Assembly (NCBI GenBank): GCA_013265495.1
Contig: MU058531.1
Coordinates: 1,548,911 to 1,610,910, forward strand
Reading direction: 5' to 3'
From: Vicugna vicugna
Taxonomy: Eukaryota
DNA: 62,000 nt
The notes under the pieces are model-generated. The model was given only the letters and a program-made list of their open reading frames with translations. It ran no database searches and had not been told where the DNA came from. Both the position numbers and the translations under genes were made by a program. This document shows positions 1-13,699 of the stretch, one piece after another. Positions within the stretch are counted from its first letter, which is position 1. Every line of letters starts with the position of its first letter.

Positions 1-79
1 GGCACTTGGAGGAAAAAAGGAAGTAGCCTCGAAAAGTGGATCTTGAGTCTTCAGAGAAGCAGAAAATTGGAAGAAGAGG

Positions 80-210
80 TGAGCAGGAGGGAACTATATT
101 CAATATCTTATAAAACCCATAAGTAAAAAGAAGAATATACATAAATGTATAACTGAATTACTATGCTGTACACCAGATACTAACACAGCATTTTAAATTC
201 AATTAAAAAA
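80..210 (+). mobile_element. L1 3'-UTR tail (cetartiodactyl-type)
   Basis: agggaactatattcaatatctt...tgtataactgaattactatgctgtacaccaga...aattaaaaaa. Confidence 0.75.
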
Positions 211-2139
211 AGGGAGCTGACCAAGATGAGTGTCCGGAAAAAGGCACAGGACCCAGGGCCGTCCACAGTCTGTGGGGCGGGGGTTTGAGGCATTTGAAGC
301 CAGATACCACAGGTCGGGTAAAATGTCACATAAATACTATCTGTGAACTGTATTTGGATTCTGAATTGAAAACCAACTATGAAAAGTACAGTTTCTTGCA
401 GTGACAACCTTCCCATGAGAACATCTCAAAGCATCTCCTTCATGCCTTCGTCCCTTTCCGGAAGAGGAAAAGAGGAAACATATGGCGTGCCTGGTGCAGA
501 GCCTCGGTTCCCACTTCATGGATTCGAAATACCCAGATGCTATCAAATTGCCACCGCCTGTGGCCAAGCGCAAATGGTAATTTTGTGTGCTGGCTACTGC
601 ACTGTCGCTGCCAGCCTGCAGGAGGCAAAGCAAGGTTTACAGAAGGATGCTCCTCAGACAGAAGCAGCACCGAAAGCCCTGTGCATGGGGATGAGTGGGA
701 AACTCCCTATAGTCACGTTTTGGATACCGAAAGAAAAAATGTAATGGAGACAGAGAAATTCTACTATGAACTGGATGTTAGAAATTAACTATGTTTATGT
801 GATAATGGCATTGTATATGGGTGTGTTGTCATTATGTTCGTTTTTTGCTTTAGTCCTTTTCTGTTATAGGCACATACAGTATTTATGGGTGAAATAATAT
901 GCTGTCTGGGATTTGCCTTTAAAATGTCCAGGAAAACGTACACAGAGAAAAGCCCCAGACCCAGACAACATCCTGAAAATTCTACCAATCCTTTAGGAAC
1001 TGATCATTACAATGCTGTCTAAACTGCTCAGGGTATTGGAGATGTATTCGCTCACTTACTCCTCACAACATCCCTCCGAGGCAGACAGCATCTTTACATA
1101 TGAGGTCACTAAGTCACAGAGATATGAAAAAATCTACCCAGGGTCACACAGCTGGAGGTGATGAAGGCAGATCTGAAACCAGGTGATGCAGTCCTAGCAC
1201 AAGTGCCTCTAGCCTAGGGCTGCCATATACGATCTTTGTGAACAGCACCCCCTGGAGTTGTGCAGAACACAGCACAACCTTTAAGAATTTTCATGTGGAC
1301 CTACCTTTACCACGATACTACTCAGCCTTTCATAAATGAATAAATGAGCGGATCAGTACATGAAGAGTGAATGAATTCTCTTAATTTCTTCTTTCTAGTT
1401 TCACCCTCAGCCGATGGGTTCCCTAAATGCTGCCTTGTTCTTAAGAAGGCTGAATGCCGAGGTATCCATGCCAAGACTGCACTGATTGAGTTCCAGTGGC
1501 CTCTTTGCTCACTCTGCTTTACTGCTTGGGAACAAATCAATTGTCAAAATTGCCTGTTTGGGAAATGAAGTGATGGTGGCCTGGTTCCTTTTGGCTCCCC
1601 TGGCTTCCTCTAACTTGGAGGGACGGCACTCAGCCCCCTATCAGAAACTCTGGCCTGAGATGAAGGAAAAGGCCACCAACACAGTGGGGTGTGAAGGAAG
1701 CCAGAGGTCCACCTGCCCAAAATTACTTACCTCCTTAGACTGCTTCTGTGCTTGAAACTCCTGCCATTGGCTTCTCTGGCCTGGAGTAAGTGAGGCCCGG
1801 TCAAAAATGTGACTCTGGAAGCTGAGAGGAAGAGCACACAGATAATCCTTGGTGACAGTTTTACGTGAACAGATTCCTTCATCATCGAACTAAGAAAGTA
1901 GGACCAAGAGGAGTGAGATTCAGATGGATGTGATGAGAGGAGAGAGGAATCCCCCAAAGCCCGAGTGTGGCGCTGTTTGGTGAGGGGACTCTTCCTCTGT
2001 CTGGTGCCATCTTGGAGGGAGGGATGCTCTGGAAAGATGGAGCCGTGTGAATATTGGGAGACCAGCAAGAGAGGATCTAGGGGCCTGAAAGCTGGGAGAA
2101 GAGAGAAGACTGACAGAGGATTGTGATGGATATGCTGGT

Positions 2140-2610
2140 TCTTATTTTGCTTTGTCATTACCTTTCTCTGCATATTCTCTTCTTTTCTATGATATTATAG
2201 TACCTTGCTGTTGTTATTATTACTGTATTTGAGAGTAAGTTGCAGACATCTTGCTCCTTTATCCCTACCTCGCCTTTCTCTCTTAAGAACAAGGATATTC
2301 TTTTACATAACCACAACACAAAGATCAAATTCAGAAAATTTAACATTGACACAACACAGGATATTTCTTTATAACCTTTTTTTCCGTCCAAAATCTAGTC
2401 TAGGATCCAGGTTGATGCATTGCATTTAGTTTTCTTAAGTGAAAATGAGACGTTAGCCTCATTTGATTTGAAGAGTTCTTAGCCTTTCTCTGTCTTTCAT
2501 GACACTGGATATTTTTTTTAATATAGGCCAGTTGTTCTGTAGAATGTTTGTGAATTTAGGTTTGTCTGATTGTTTCCTCATGACTGGATTCACATTTGGC
2601 AGGAGTACCA
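2140..2610 (-). mobile_element. Old L1 (L1MC/ME-like) fragments
   Basis: Typical antisense old-L1 3' text (aagaacaaggatattcttttacataaccac..., ttgtctgattgtttcctcatg). Confidence 0.55.
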
Positions 2611-3464
2611 GCAGCTTCCCTGATAGTCATGTAGGGAGAGCCAGTCAGAGGAGAAGCCGCACAGAGACAAGGTGAACAGGGAGGTAGAGAAAGAAAACCA
2701 ACCCATGAGCTCCTTGATCCAGCTGAAGCCACTTGCAGGGCTGGACCTTCCAGTTTCATAGACCAATAAATTCCTCTTTTTGCTTAAATTAATCTGAGTT
2801 GGGTTTGTAGTTGAGTTTGTGTAATCTGACTCACTCATACCTTAGCCAGTAATCTTGGAGCACACAGTGTCCTCCAAAGGCCCCAAATCAGAATGATGAC
2901 CAGAAGGACATATCCCAAGCCTCCCACAGAAACTGACCATCTTCCCTTGTGACAAGCAGAGGCCACACGGTGGTAAGTACTTCCATATGATTCCCACCTG
3001 AGGGTCCTTATCTCAGGAGAAAGCCCATGACCTGCTGTGGTCTGTCCAAGACCTGGGGATGTAAAGAGCAACTGGCTTATCTACGGTCCAGGGGTGTGGT
3101 CTTTCTCCTCTCTACCCCTTCTCCGGGAACATCCCCATGCCCTGCCACCTCCTCTACTTTGTCCATCAGCTTACGGTCACCGGATGTCCTGTCTCCATCT
3201 ACCTTGTTAGGCCTCATGACTCTCTCATTACAATGAGTGCAGTTATACAGAAGCTGTAGCCTCTGGAAGATGAGAGATTGAGTGGGTGCAGCCCCCTCTC
3301 CTCTAAAGGTGTTTGGATGATTCGTTCTCTTGCCTCAGCCCTTTGCACCCTTTTCCTGCCTCGGAGTTGTATGTGACCACCAGATCTGACCATTTTCTCT
3401 AAGACTCAGCTTTTGTCAGTAATAATTCGCTGTGTTTCCTCATCCTATGTCCACATACAGGGGG

Positions 3465-3830
3465 TGTTAGTTTGTTATGACTCCTATAACAAGATACCAT
3501 AGACTGGGTATCTTAAAACAGAAACATTTTTTCTCACAGTTCTGGATGCTAGAAGTCCGAGATCAAGGTGTTGAAAGGTTTGTTTTTTTCTGAGGCCTTC
3601 TCTCCTTGGTTTAGTAATGGCCTCCTTCTCACCGTGTACCTGTCTACGTACAAATCTTCTCTTCTTACAAGGACACCAGTCATATTGCATTAGGGCCCAC
3701 CCCTGACGGCTTCTTTTTAACATAGTCACCTCTTTAAAGGCCCTGTCTCCAAATGCAGTCGCTTTCTGATGCACTGGAGATTACAGCTTCAACATAGGAA
3801 TTTGGAGAGGACAAAATTCATCCTGTAGCA
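3465..3830 (-). mobile_element. MLT1 (MaLR) solo LTR
   Basis: ctcacagttctggatgctagaagtccgagatcaaggtg...tcttacaaggacaccagtcatattg. Confidence 0.8.
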
Positions 3831-4202
3831 GAGAAGAAAACATATTACACAGGAATGCATTTAACCTGCATTCAACTTAATCCAAATAACAATTACTTAA
3901 GTAATAAAGACATCTTATTATCTCACATAACAAAAGAAGCGTGGTGATATTTTGTTCCAGAATGGTGCACTGACCAAGGACCTGGTTTCTTTTCACCTGT
4001 CCATGTGCTACCTCTGATGTATTGGGGTTTTGTCCTCACATTCGTCAAAAGATGGCTACCACAGTTTAGATATTACCATGACACTCCTCCCTTGCAACTG
4101 ACTGGCCAGAATTGAGTGTCATGTAACTACTCACGTTGCAAGGGAGGGTGGCAAAACAAGTACCAGAACAAGAAAAATGGATAGGCTGCAGGAAAGTGTG
4201 AA

Positions 4203-4716
4203 TGTAGCAGGCCTGAGACTGCTGTCTCTAGGAAGTCTTGCTTATGAGGTTGACCCTTTGCAGGCATCTGAGAACTTGGACTTGGGGGTTTCCCACCGTT
4301 CCCAGAACTTATGAGTGGCGCACTGGGTGGAAACTGTGTGTGCAAATCATATGGTTTATGCTGCACACTTGCTTTCCTTCTGGGAGTCTGGAACGTTGGT
4401 ATGTGCTAGGCGAAGAGTGACTCTGTGACCAGCCCCCACTACAAACCCTGGGCACTGAGTCTGTAATGAGCTTCACTGCTAGACAGGTTTCACATGGATT
4501 GTCACAACTCGCTGGAGGAATTAAGCATGTCCTGTGTGACTGCACGGGGAGAAACTCCTGAAGCTGGGTTCCTCTGGACTTCATTCCATTGTGATGTGGC
4601 TCTGTATCCTTTCACTGTAATGAACCTTAGTCGTGAGTACAACTATAAGCTAAGTCTTATGAGTCCTCCTAGCAAATCACTGGAACTGGGGAGTGGTCTT
4701 AAGAACCCCCCCCACA
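4203..4716 (+). mobile_element. MER21-like ERV LTR
   Basis: TG...CA ends; cttccttctgggagtctggaa...gtgaccagccccca...ctgagtctgtaatgagcttc is characteristic text. Confidence 0.65.
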
Positions 4717-5251
4717 GACAGCTTCCCCAGTTTTAGATTCAGCCCCTGGGGCTGGTCACACTGGGGCTCCGTCAGTGGAGAAGACCAGTGGAATGGCCGT
4801 AGGGGGTGACAACAGTGTCCACCAGGCATATTGATACTTGGTTGACAGATGGACTTACTGGAAGAACGTGGGCCCCTGAAGACACCTGGAGGGCTTTTGT
4901 CACTTGGAACCAGAGATTCCTGATTCATTACAAAGGTAATAAAGATCTGTATCATAATTGGAACAGAAACCTAGATTGTGAGGAACCTTACTGATAAGCT
5001 CATTCAAATCCACCCTTCTTGACCTCTTATTCTGTGAAAAGAGAGTCCACCACATCACAGAGAGGAAGTACAGGGGAAAATTCCAAAAGCCAGTGACAGG
5101 ACGGCCAGCACATTTCCCCACTGCACGTTGCCCTCTGACAAAGGGTAAATGCCCCCACACGTGGAAATACTGGAGACTCAGTGGATGGTTTGAAGAGCCA
5201 GGGAGCTTCTGGTCACTGAAATTGGCTGCAGTGACTCAGTTTGAAACCCCG

Positions 5252-5763
5252 TGTAATGACTGGTCAAATCCATCTCACCTGCTTTTACCAGTCAAGGTTG
5301 TTCTTAGACTTGCACGGCCCCCAAGCGGCATGTAGCCTAAACAGTAAGATGTTTGCCCGAATTATTTTCCAGGCACCTGAGGTCAGCTGTGTCTAGTTGG
5401 AGCTGAGCTGGGTAAGACTGGATAGGACCACGGACCCTCCAACTGGGCATGCGTGAGTGCCCGCTCGTGACCTTTCGAACATGCAGAATCCTGAAGCCTA
5501 GTTACGCCTGCGCAGAACGATACCAGTCACCTCTCCCCGCCCTCCCCACGCGCCCCACGCCCCCCACGCCTCAAACCGCCCTGCTGCTTTACTCCTTATC
5601 CTATAAATACCCCAGCCCCTGGCCTTGGGGGAAGGTGAAGATTTACTCTCCTGGCTTCTCACTTGGTTGCCTTGTGAACAACTCCTCTCTTTGCTGCAAA
5701 CCTCCGTATCTCAGGGTTTTGGTTTCTTGGGTGGTGGGGCAAAAAGAACCTGGCTCAGTAACA
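5252..5763 (+). mobile_element. ERV1-like solo LTR
   Basis: TGTAA start and ...GTAACA end; TATA-like cctataaata at ~5600; repeated cgccccca GC boxes. No clear TSD. Confidence 0.65.
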
Positions 5764-6309
5764 AACTTTCATCAAGGAATGAGCAGGAGAAATGACTCTC
5801 AAATCTATCTTTCACTCTGATGTTTTGTGGCTCTGTAATAGCCACCTGGGCAGTGCCCACGGGGAGGGAGAAAACAAATGGCTCCACGCAATTGAGCATC
5901 CAAGGGTCTGCCACAGTGCTGGCGAAACCTAGCGTGTCCACGTGTGTGGACAAAGCCCCGGAAGATGACCTTCAGCTAAAGAAGGCCTGGGAGGAAGATT
6001 CTGGGCTGTTCTAAGCACTCTGCCTCCCCTAGTCTCTTTTGTGATAGTTTCCCTGTTTTAGTCAATGATCCCGGTCTTGGGTTGGGGTGGAGGGGAAAGC
6101 AAAAAACATGGTTTATGCCTTAAAGGAGCCTGCATATGGCTGGGGACAAAAGCAATGGGAAGCAAAATTGTGGGTGCTCTGAATTGCATATGCAGTCAGA
6201 TTCAGCAAATGGGTGGTCAGCGTGGGCCAAAGTGACCAGGGAGGCTTCCAGGGGCTTCCAGAACTTGAACAGTTCTTGAGAGAAGAGTTGGCCCTAGACT
6301 GACGCAGGA

Positions 6310-6840
6310 GGGGGCGAGAACCACAGCAAAGCGAGGGACGGCGGCAGAGATGAAGTCTATTACTCAGGGCTCACCAGGGAGACCAGCCGAGGGCTTGAGG
6401 GGAAGAAAAGCAGGAAACCTGGCCTGGGAAGGGGCGGAAAAGAGGCGAACAGAGCGAAAAGGCTGAATTTGGTTGAGGCCTACTAGCCATCGGCAGCTGA
6501 TGCAGGCTCTTGGGCAGTGGTGTGGCCGGTTTTGGGGGGGGCAACTGGAGACGAGGGGAATGACTAGGAGACCCGCCCCGGCCCCTCAACCCGCACCGGC
6601 CCCCAGAACAGGGGCCGGAGGGAGGCGATGTGGCCAGAACCAAAGCTGGGCAGGTTGGAGAAGCACTGGTGAAGGCACTCTAGCAGGGGCGCCAGGACTG
6701 AGCACAGAGGCCAAGATTTTTTGCCCAGGAGACCAGGGTTTTCCCTCGTGAGCACGCACAGCCACTCCCCGCCCCCACCCTTCCCCGGCATTAACCCTCA
6801 CACTGACGCCCTGAGGTGGTCAGCAAGGGGCTCCGCGATG
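6310..6840. promoter_or_regulatory. GC/CpG-enriched patch, candidate enhancer or promoter
   Basis: Locally high CpG density, GC boxes (ggggcgg, ccgcccc) and CTCF-like ctagcaggggcgcc. No linked gene seen. Confidence 0.3.
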
Positions 6841-8434
6841 TCCCTCCAGGCTTTTTGGAAGCCTCTCTGAAGGAACATCCCTTTTCCTCTCCTCCCTCTC
6901 CTCCTGCCCTTTTCTGCCTTTCTGGCAGGAAAAGCAGCCACAGTTCCCTTCCTCTGTGCCCCAAGTCCTTAGAGGACAGACCCACCCACTGACAGGGCCC
7001 AGAAATATCAGGAAGACGCCAAAAACACCTCTGTGTGCTGCTCCCACTAGCCTGGCTCCGGCCACCTCAACCCCCAAAACCTGCCCAATGACACAGGGAA
7101 CACCTCCTTCTCAAGCTCCCCAAGTTGCTGCCAGCCAGCCTTGGGGGGGATGGAGGAAGCAGGGACATTTTGGGCAAGAATGACAGCTTCTCACTGGAAC
7201 CGCTGGCTTCCATTAGAGCATGTGTGCGCAGAGGTCTGCGGCCAGGTGCAGCCAGCACAACGCTCCAAGGGCAGGGCTGCCTCTGTTGACGAAAATAACC
7301 AGTAAACAATAAGAATTAAAAAGAGCTTTAATTGCACCCAACTGAGGACCAGCCGGAAGCCAGCTTCCCAGATGACGCTGAGAAGCTGCTCCACAGAAGC
7401 AGGGTTTTCAGCAGTTTTATATCGGGTCAGAACAAAGAACACTGAACAAGTCAGGGAGACATTTCTTTAAGTTTTCAGAAAAAAAAGACTAGCACGTAGT
7501 GCATGGCCTTGGCACCTGGGAAGGAAGCCTTAGCCGAGGAAGGCCAGCACTGCATCCCAGGGAGAGGGGTGTTTAGTCTTTATTTTTAACATGGACATTC
7601 TTTACTTCTGGTCAGTGAGCCCTTTTCTTTAATAATTAAAGCAGGTGTACAGTATATGTTTGATAGGCCGCTAACAGGCTATTTTAGGGAGCATAAAATT
7701 CAAGTTAACTCCTGCATACACCAGAATGACTTCCCTATATCTCAATGTATGAAAATTTCTAACTCTCTTTAATGGCTGTGCACACACACACTTAATCCAC
7801 ATCTACGTGTGCGAACCCAGACGTGTGTATAATGATACACGCGCTCTTCCCCAAGGCTATTCATGCTGGCACTGTCCAGCATCTACCAAACATGAGGTTC
7901 CCCCTCATAACCACCTTTAAGACCTCACTGGCTGGACTCTGATTGCTGGTCGAAGGCGTTCCACCTGGCCCAGCCTGTGAGTCTGAACAGGCTGCTCTTG
8001 GATCTCCCTAATCCCACCAAAACTTCTAGGCGTAAAAACTTTAGCCTGGGAACACGGACCAAGCTCAGGGCCAGGCAGACACATCTGGAGGCTGCTAAGG
8101 TGATGGGGTGCTGAGTTTCACCAAGCACTGAGCACTTGCACCTTGCTAAGTGGGTACTGTTTGCTTCCCTGTTGAGCTCTGGGCCTCTTAAATGCAGCAC
8201 CTGCTACACACTCCTCTCTCTATCCCATGGTCTAGATGATTCCTGAGATACTCTAAGTATCAGTAAATATTCCTGTCTTACTAATACAAATATGACACAT
8301 TCACGTTGTTAAAAAGTCCCACATCACATAAATGATTACACTTGGTAAGGGGAAAGCTCTCCAAAATTATATCCCATCCTCCTCCCCAACAAATAACCGT
8401 TATTAACAGTTTGGTGACAAACATCCTTTTAAAC

Positions 8435-8626
8435 TAGGCTTTTTCAACTTTGTACCGTTGGTATTTGGGGCGAAAGAATTCTTTGTTCTAGGATGATTAG
8501 CAGCATATCTGGCCTCTACCCAGAGGATGCCAGTAGCATCCCCTCGGTTGCGATGACCAAAAATATCTTCTGACATGCCAAATATCTGGGGCCGGGGGGC
8601 AAAATCACCCCTGGTTGAGAACTACC
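8435..8626. mobile_element. MER20 (hAT-Charlie) DNA transposon
   Basis: tagcagcatatctggcctctacccagaggatgccagtagca...gggcaaaatcaccccctggttgagaac. Confidence 0.8.
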
Positions 8627-11148
8627 ATTCCATACACACACACACACAGCGGGGGACAGGACAAGTAAGCCAGAGCAACAGAGCAGAGAGAGTGATGGGT
8701 AGACATAGGTGTAGGCAGCTGCGTATAAATGGTTGAATGTAAGTTACAACTCCTGTTCCTGATTCCCAGCCCTCTGTGGTCCCAGTCCATGAATTCATCC
8801 TCTTCTTCATTCACCAAAAATGAGTGCTCACCATCATCTAGGAACTGTGTTCAGAGATTTATTTTAAATAAACACTAGGCTATAACTAAATTCTCCACCA
8901 TCACCCACAACTTCACAGCTATTTTCACACCTAAAATAAAGAGGGGAGTAGGAGTGAGTCACCCCCAGCTCGGGAGAATTGCACCTCTCTCCCCGCAGCT
9001 CTGACCAGCTCCCTCCATCTGACTGGCTGCCACGTTGGATTGGGACGAGAGAAAGGGGCGGGGAAAGGCGTGGCCTGTAACCTCAGCCTCCCTTGGAATG
9101 GACAGCTGGGATAAACGTCATCCAGAAAGACTGGGGCTCTGGTTCTGTCAAGCCTACCACACCAGCACCACAAATGCCAGTTCCCCTCAAGAAACCTCTG
9201 AGCACTTGGGAGGGTCCGGCCCCCAGATGTATTCATCGTAGTCTAGCTCAACTGGTCTCAGCCTTAACTGTTTACCTGGGCCGGTCTCCGAGCAGAATCT
9301 GTGGTCACCCTCAAATCGGGTAACTGGCACAGCTGCTGGGTACTGATTAATTCAAAGATTACAGTTCAGCAAACAGCATGTTAATTTTTAATTTCCCTGT
9401 GTGGATTGGTAATCGGGCTTCCTCCTTGTCCTAGAACCGAAAATTACCTCATCTGAAGGAACACGCAATCCTTATTCAACCAGAAAAGTCCACTCAGTCA
9501 TCTGGCCTTCCTGGCCCTCGCTGGGCTTTTTCAGGCAGCTCCCATTCGATCTGACCTTAGCAGAGAAATAGGGGCTTCTGAGTTGGGTGACCCAGGCTCA
9601 ATGTGAGACCCCAGCTTCAAGGTAGGGACAGGGCCTTTCCTCTAACAAAGAAGAGATGTGACAGAAAGTGCTTCTCCCCATGGCCCCCAGCTCACCACCT
9701 GCCACAGACACGCTCACACCCTGGAGCCCAGTTGTTCTCAGCAGTGACTTCATCACAGCTCCTGGGGCCAGAAAACGGCAGGAACCTGTCACCTCATCAT
9801 CGCAGGTGCTACATGCTCCATTCCTTAGTTCACATCAATGTCATGCCATTCCTGGGGGTCACAGCCAGCACCCCACGGTGTGCAGGGTGGGTAGGAAACA
9901 ACTGAGGACAGTGGTCCTGCCCACGGTTGCCCAGTTCACATCCCCACGGGATCTGGTTGCATCCTGCAGGGATCTGCCGCAGATTTTTCTGTTCCTTTTC
10001 TCCTTTTGCCTTTTTTGGGGCCAAAGTGGTTTCGCTTGGAAAGACCATGATGCATTTAACACAGATCAAGAAGAGCCACAGAAGGAATTTTTCTCATCTG
10101 AGATGGAGCAGTCTTCGCCTGTGTGCCATTTGTCCAGCCTGTCACTAACTGCAGAGAAAACATTCTAACACTGTCCTTTGTGGCTTCAAGCCATTTCCCT
10201 GGGGCTCTTGGACCAAAAAAAGAAAACCAGAGAAATGAAAAATGTGATCAGAGCCTTAGTGAAACTTGAATGTTAGTCAGAAACCCGCTGAGCAGGGATT
10301 CATTCAGTTTTAAATAATTCACTCCAGAAAAAGAATGAGTACATGTGCATAAATATATATATCTCTCTCTCACCAGCTTTAACTTCATTCACAGATGTTA
10401 GCAAGTGACTAAAAAAAGAAGGGAAACTTTGTTCAATGCTCAGAGATGAATGTACCAAATTATACAAGCCCCAGAGAATTTGAGAACTAAGAGATGAGAT
10501 CAGTTAGTCGAGCAAGTCAGGGCTTGTTCCCTTTTTCTGGGGGAGCTACTTGAGTTTCCTTAAATTTTATGGTCATCAGACATAATTCTTGGTTTGGCAG
10601 GAGAAGGAAAGGGTGGAGTTTATTGAGCTCGCAATGCTGTCTCCCCGCTGCCTGCAGCAGCATTTCTGTGAGCATCAGTATCACAGGGTTCTTTGCAATG
10701 CTCTGCCTGGTCACACACGTTTGGGAAATGCTGCACATTACACCCTCCTCTTGGACAGTTGCAACGCACATCCACGTATAAGTGCTGTTGCCTCAAGATG
10801 TCCTGGAATCAAGAAGCCCTCGTTCACTTTGTTTAAGCCAAGCCCCCAGTCTGATTTTATGATTGCATCAGGTAGGGCACAGCGGCAAGAGACGGAAATA
10901 TCAACTCAAAACGGATAAACAATAAGGTCACGTGTCCACTCCTGAATCAACCACATAAAGGGAACAGCCTTTCCCCCTGATCAGTCCCCCTCCAGCTGGA
11001 GGTGGGTCAGTGTCCGCAAAGCAGGTGGCTGTGTGGAGCCAAAGCCATTTCTGAACAAAACTGGGGCTCTGTTAGGGAAGCAGAGGAGAAGGGGTGGACA
11101 GCCCTCAGCGTGTACTTCAAGTACAGATGCCCTTTCACACCCCATACC

Positions 11149-11615
11149 TGTGATGGTTATTCGCTGTGTCATTTGCCCGGGGCCACAGGGTGCCCAGACA
11201 CTTGGCCAAACATGACTCTGGGTGTGTCTGGGAGGGTATTTCTGAGCGAGGTGAACATTTGAGTTGGTAGGACTGAGTCAAGCAGGTTGCCCTCCCCAGT
11301 GCGGAGGAGCTCATCTGATCAACTGGATGGAGATCACCCTGAATAGAACGAAAAGGCTGAGTAAGAGGGAGCTCCTCCTGTGTGGCTGCCTGAGCTGAGA
11401 CACGGGTCTTTTCCTGCCTTTGGACTCAGACTGAAACATCACCTCTTCTTGGGTCTCCAGCCTGGTGACTTGCAGGCTGGAACATTGGCTCCCAGCTCTC
11501 CTGGGTCTCCAGCTTGCTGACTGCAGATCTTGGGACTTCTCAGATTATCTGTCTATCTATCTATCATCTATCTAATCTGTTTTATAACACACACACATCT
11601 GCTATTGGTTCTGTG
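11149..11615 (+). mobile_element. MLT2 (ERVL) solo LTR
   Basis: tgtgatggtta...gggtgcccagacacttggccaaacat...ctattggttctgt. Confidence 0.8.
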
Positions 11616-11619
11616 GAAA

Positions 11620-11785
11620 CATGGGCAAATTACTTACTCTCTGAGCCTCAGTTCCCTTTCTAGAAAATGGGGCTCACATAAATAGCTACCTCACAGGGTT
11701 GTTCTGAGGATTAAATGAGCCCATACCTGCAAGTGCTTTGAACAATGTACGGCACATGCAGAGTAAGTGCTCAGTGAATGTTAGG
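11620..11785. mobile_element. MIR SINE (one of many; others at ~15870, 16200, 26330, 36450, 44230, 46630, 55790)
   Basis: ctctctgagcctcagttccctttctagaaaatgggg...acctcacagggttgttctgaggattaaatgag core. Confidence 0.8.
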
Positions 11786-13699
11786 GATCCTTCTGGAATC
11801 CCTAATGGTTGTTCTAGAATCACAGTGTTTATCCGCCACAAAAGCACACTCCACACGTAGGAATAAGTGACTTGCTTGCACATCTGTCTCTCCGATCAAG
11901 TCCTGAGCTCTTCAGAGATGGGGGCTCCATGTTGTTGCTCTTTGAGACTTGAGCACAACACGTGGTACGTGATGAGTACTCAGCCAACGCTCGGTGAATG
12001 AGTGTCAGAAGGGTCGTCACACCTGAGGGACTGAAATTCCAACAAGAGTTGGACCACATTCTACTGACAGGAAGTGCTAGAACTTGGAATCTGGGTCTTT
12101 TGACTTTGATAAGGAACTCGGTGTGACACCTAGCAATTGCTTCCTGCCATGTGACAGCAACTCTTGTGTTCATTTTAACAAACCTTTATTGAATACCTAC
12201 CATGTGCCAGACTCTCTGCTGGGGATCCATGGTGAAGAAGACACAATCCCTGCCCTCATGGCATCACATAGCGTCCCCTGGAACAAAGCCTTTGCTGGCC
12301 TCCTGCACCCCGGCTTCTGCCCATCCCCTCCAGCCCTGAGGCCACCCTCAGAATGACTTCATGGACTTCTGTGCTCCAAAAGCCATGGCCTCCTGGGAAT
12401 TACACACACACCCCTGGCCTGTCCCTATGGTAACCCAGCCAGAATCTGACTTCATTTACGCACACAGGCTCATGTTTGACCACTGGCCAACTCCCCACTT
12501 CCCAACGTGGGGACAAGACTTCTCACCACCCCACAAACCACACAGCGGACTTGTTTCCATCTCCAAACCTCAGCTCACTGGGTGCCCCTCACCTGACAAG
12601 CTTCCTTCGCTTCTCAGCCTGGAACAGGTGTGACCCGCTTCATTAATGAGCTCAGACTGCAAGCTTAGTCTCTCTCTCTCTTTTTTTTTTTTTCAACTAA
12701 TCCCCTGCAGGTCTTCTTTGTTTCTATTAGAACTGTATTTCCCTCTTTAGGTTCTCCTAAAATTTGCGTTAAGAATCCCAGGGGCTTTTTAATACAAATG
12801 AAACATTACTAGAAAATATAATCTGTTCACTCCTGCCATTGCTTCTCATCCCCTGATGCAGTTGAAGGGTCGCCCCTGGACCATCTTAGAACATTTGTCG
12901 GCCCTGACCCAGGTGGCAGGTTACAGCTCCTATAATCACACCTGAACCAGGTCCCCAGAGCTTGATTCTAGCAGCTTTTCCACAGCCCTCTGCGTCCAGC
13001 CCAAGTCACAAAGCCAGACATCCCTTTCCCTCACAGTAAGTCGCTCCCTGTGGGTTTCGGAGTGATTTTCTGCCAGTCAGTCAAAGGTCCTGGCCACCCA
13101 GGCCACCCCCCTTCTCTTCCAAACGCTGCAGGGAAGTTGTGCTCTGGTCCTTTCCAACCCAGGAGACTCCTGGGCCTCGGACGCGAATTGACCAAGCTCC
13201 TTCAGAGCCCTGCAAACCAAGGGCGGAAGCAGCTGCTGTTAAGCCACAGAGGAGAACGAGTCCTCATTTCACCTTTCCCCCAGGCCAGTAGGGTCTGCTG
13301 ACCCGCTTCACTGGGAGACGCCACTTGAGGGGCTCTTCGTGAACAAAGGTGACCGGCTGTGTCCACCTTCTTGAGGCTGGCAGCATCCCACTCTAAGCTG
13401 TTTTTCAGATTGTTCCTACCTAGCAACTTACTACACAGCCACCTCATGTCTCTTCCTTCAAGGCCCCGAGAAAACCTAAAACAATGTCTCCTCTAGAGTT
13501 CCTATAGTGCTTATATACAGCCCATATCTTGATTTATTCCATTACTGAATGAATGTTATACCAGGCCCAGGCACTGGGGATGCAAAATTGGTCACAGCCT
13601 CCGCCTCCAGAACCTACCAAGGCATAGGATTCTATATCGGGCTGTGTTGGTCAGTAGGACAGTGGCCAAAGGCCTATGCCCACAGCTGGAACGGCAGGA

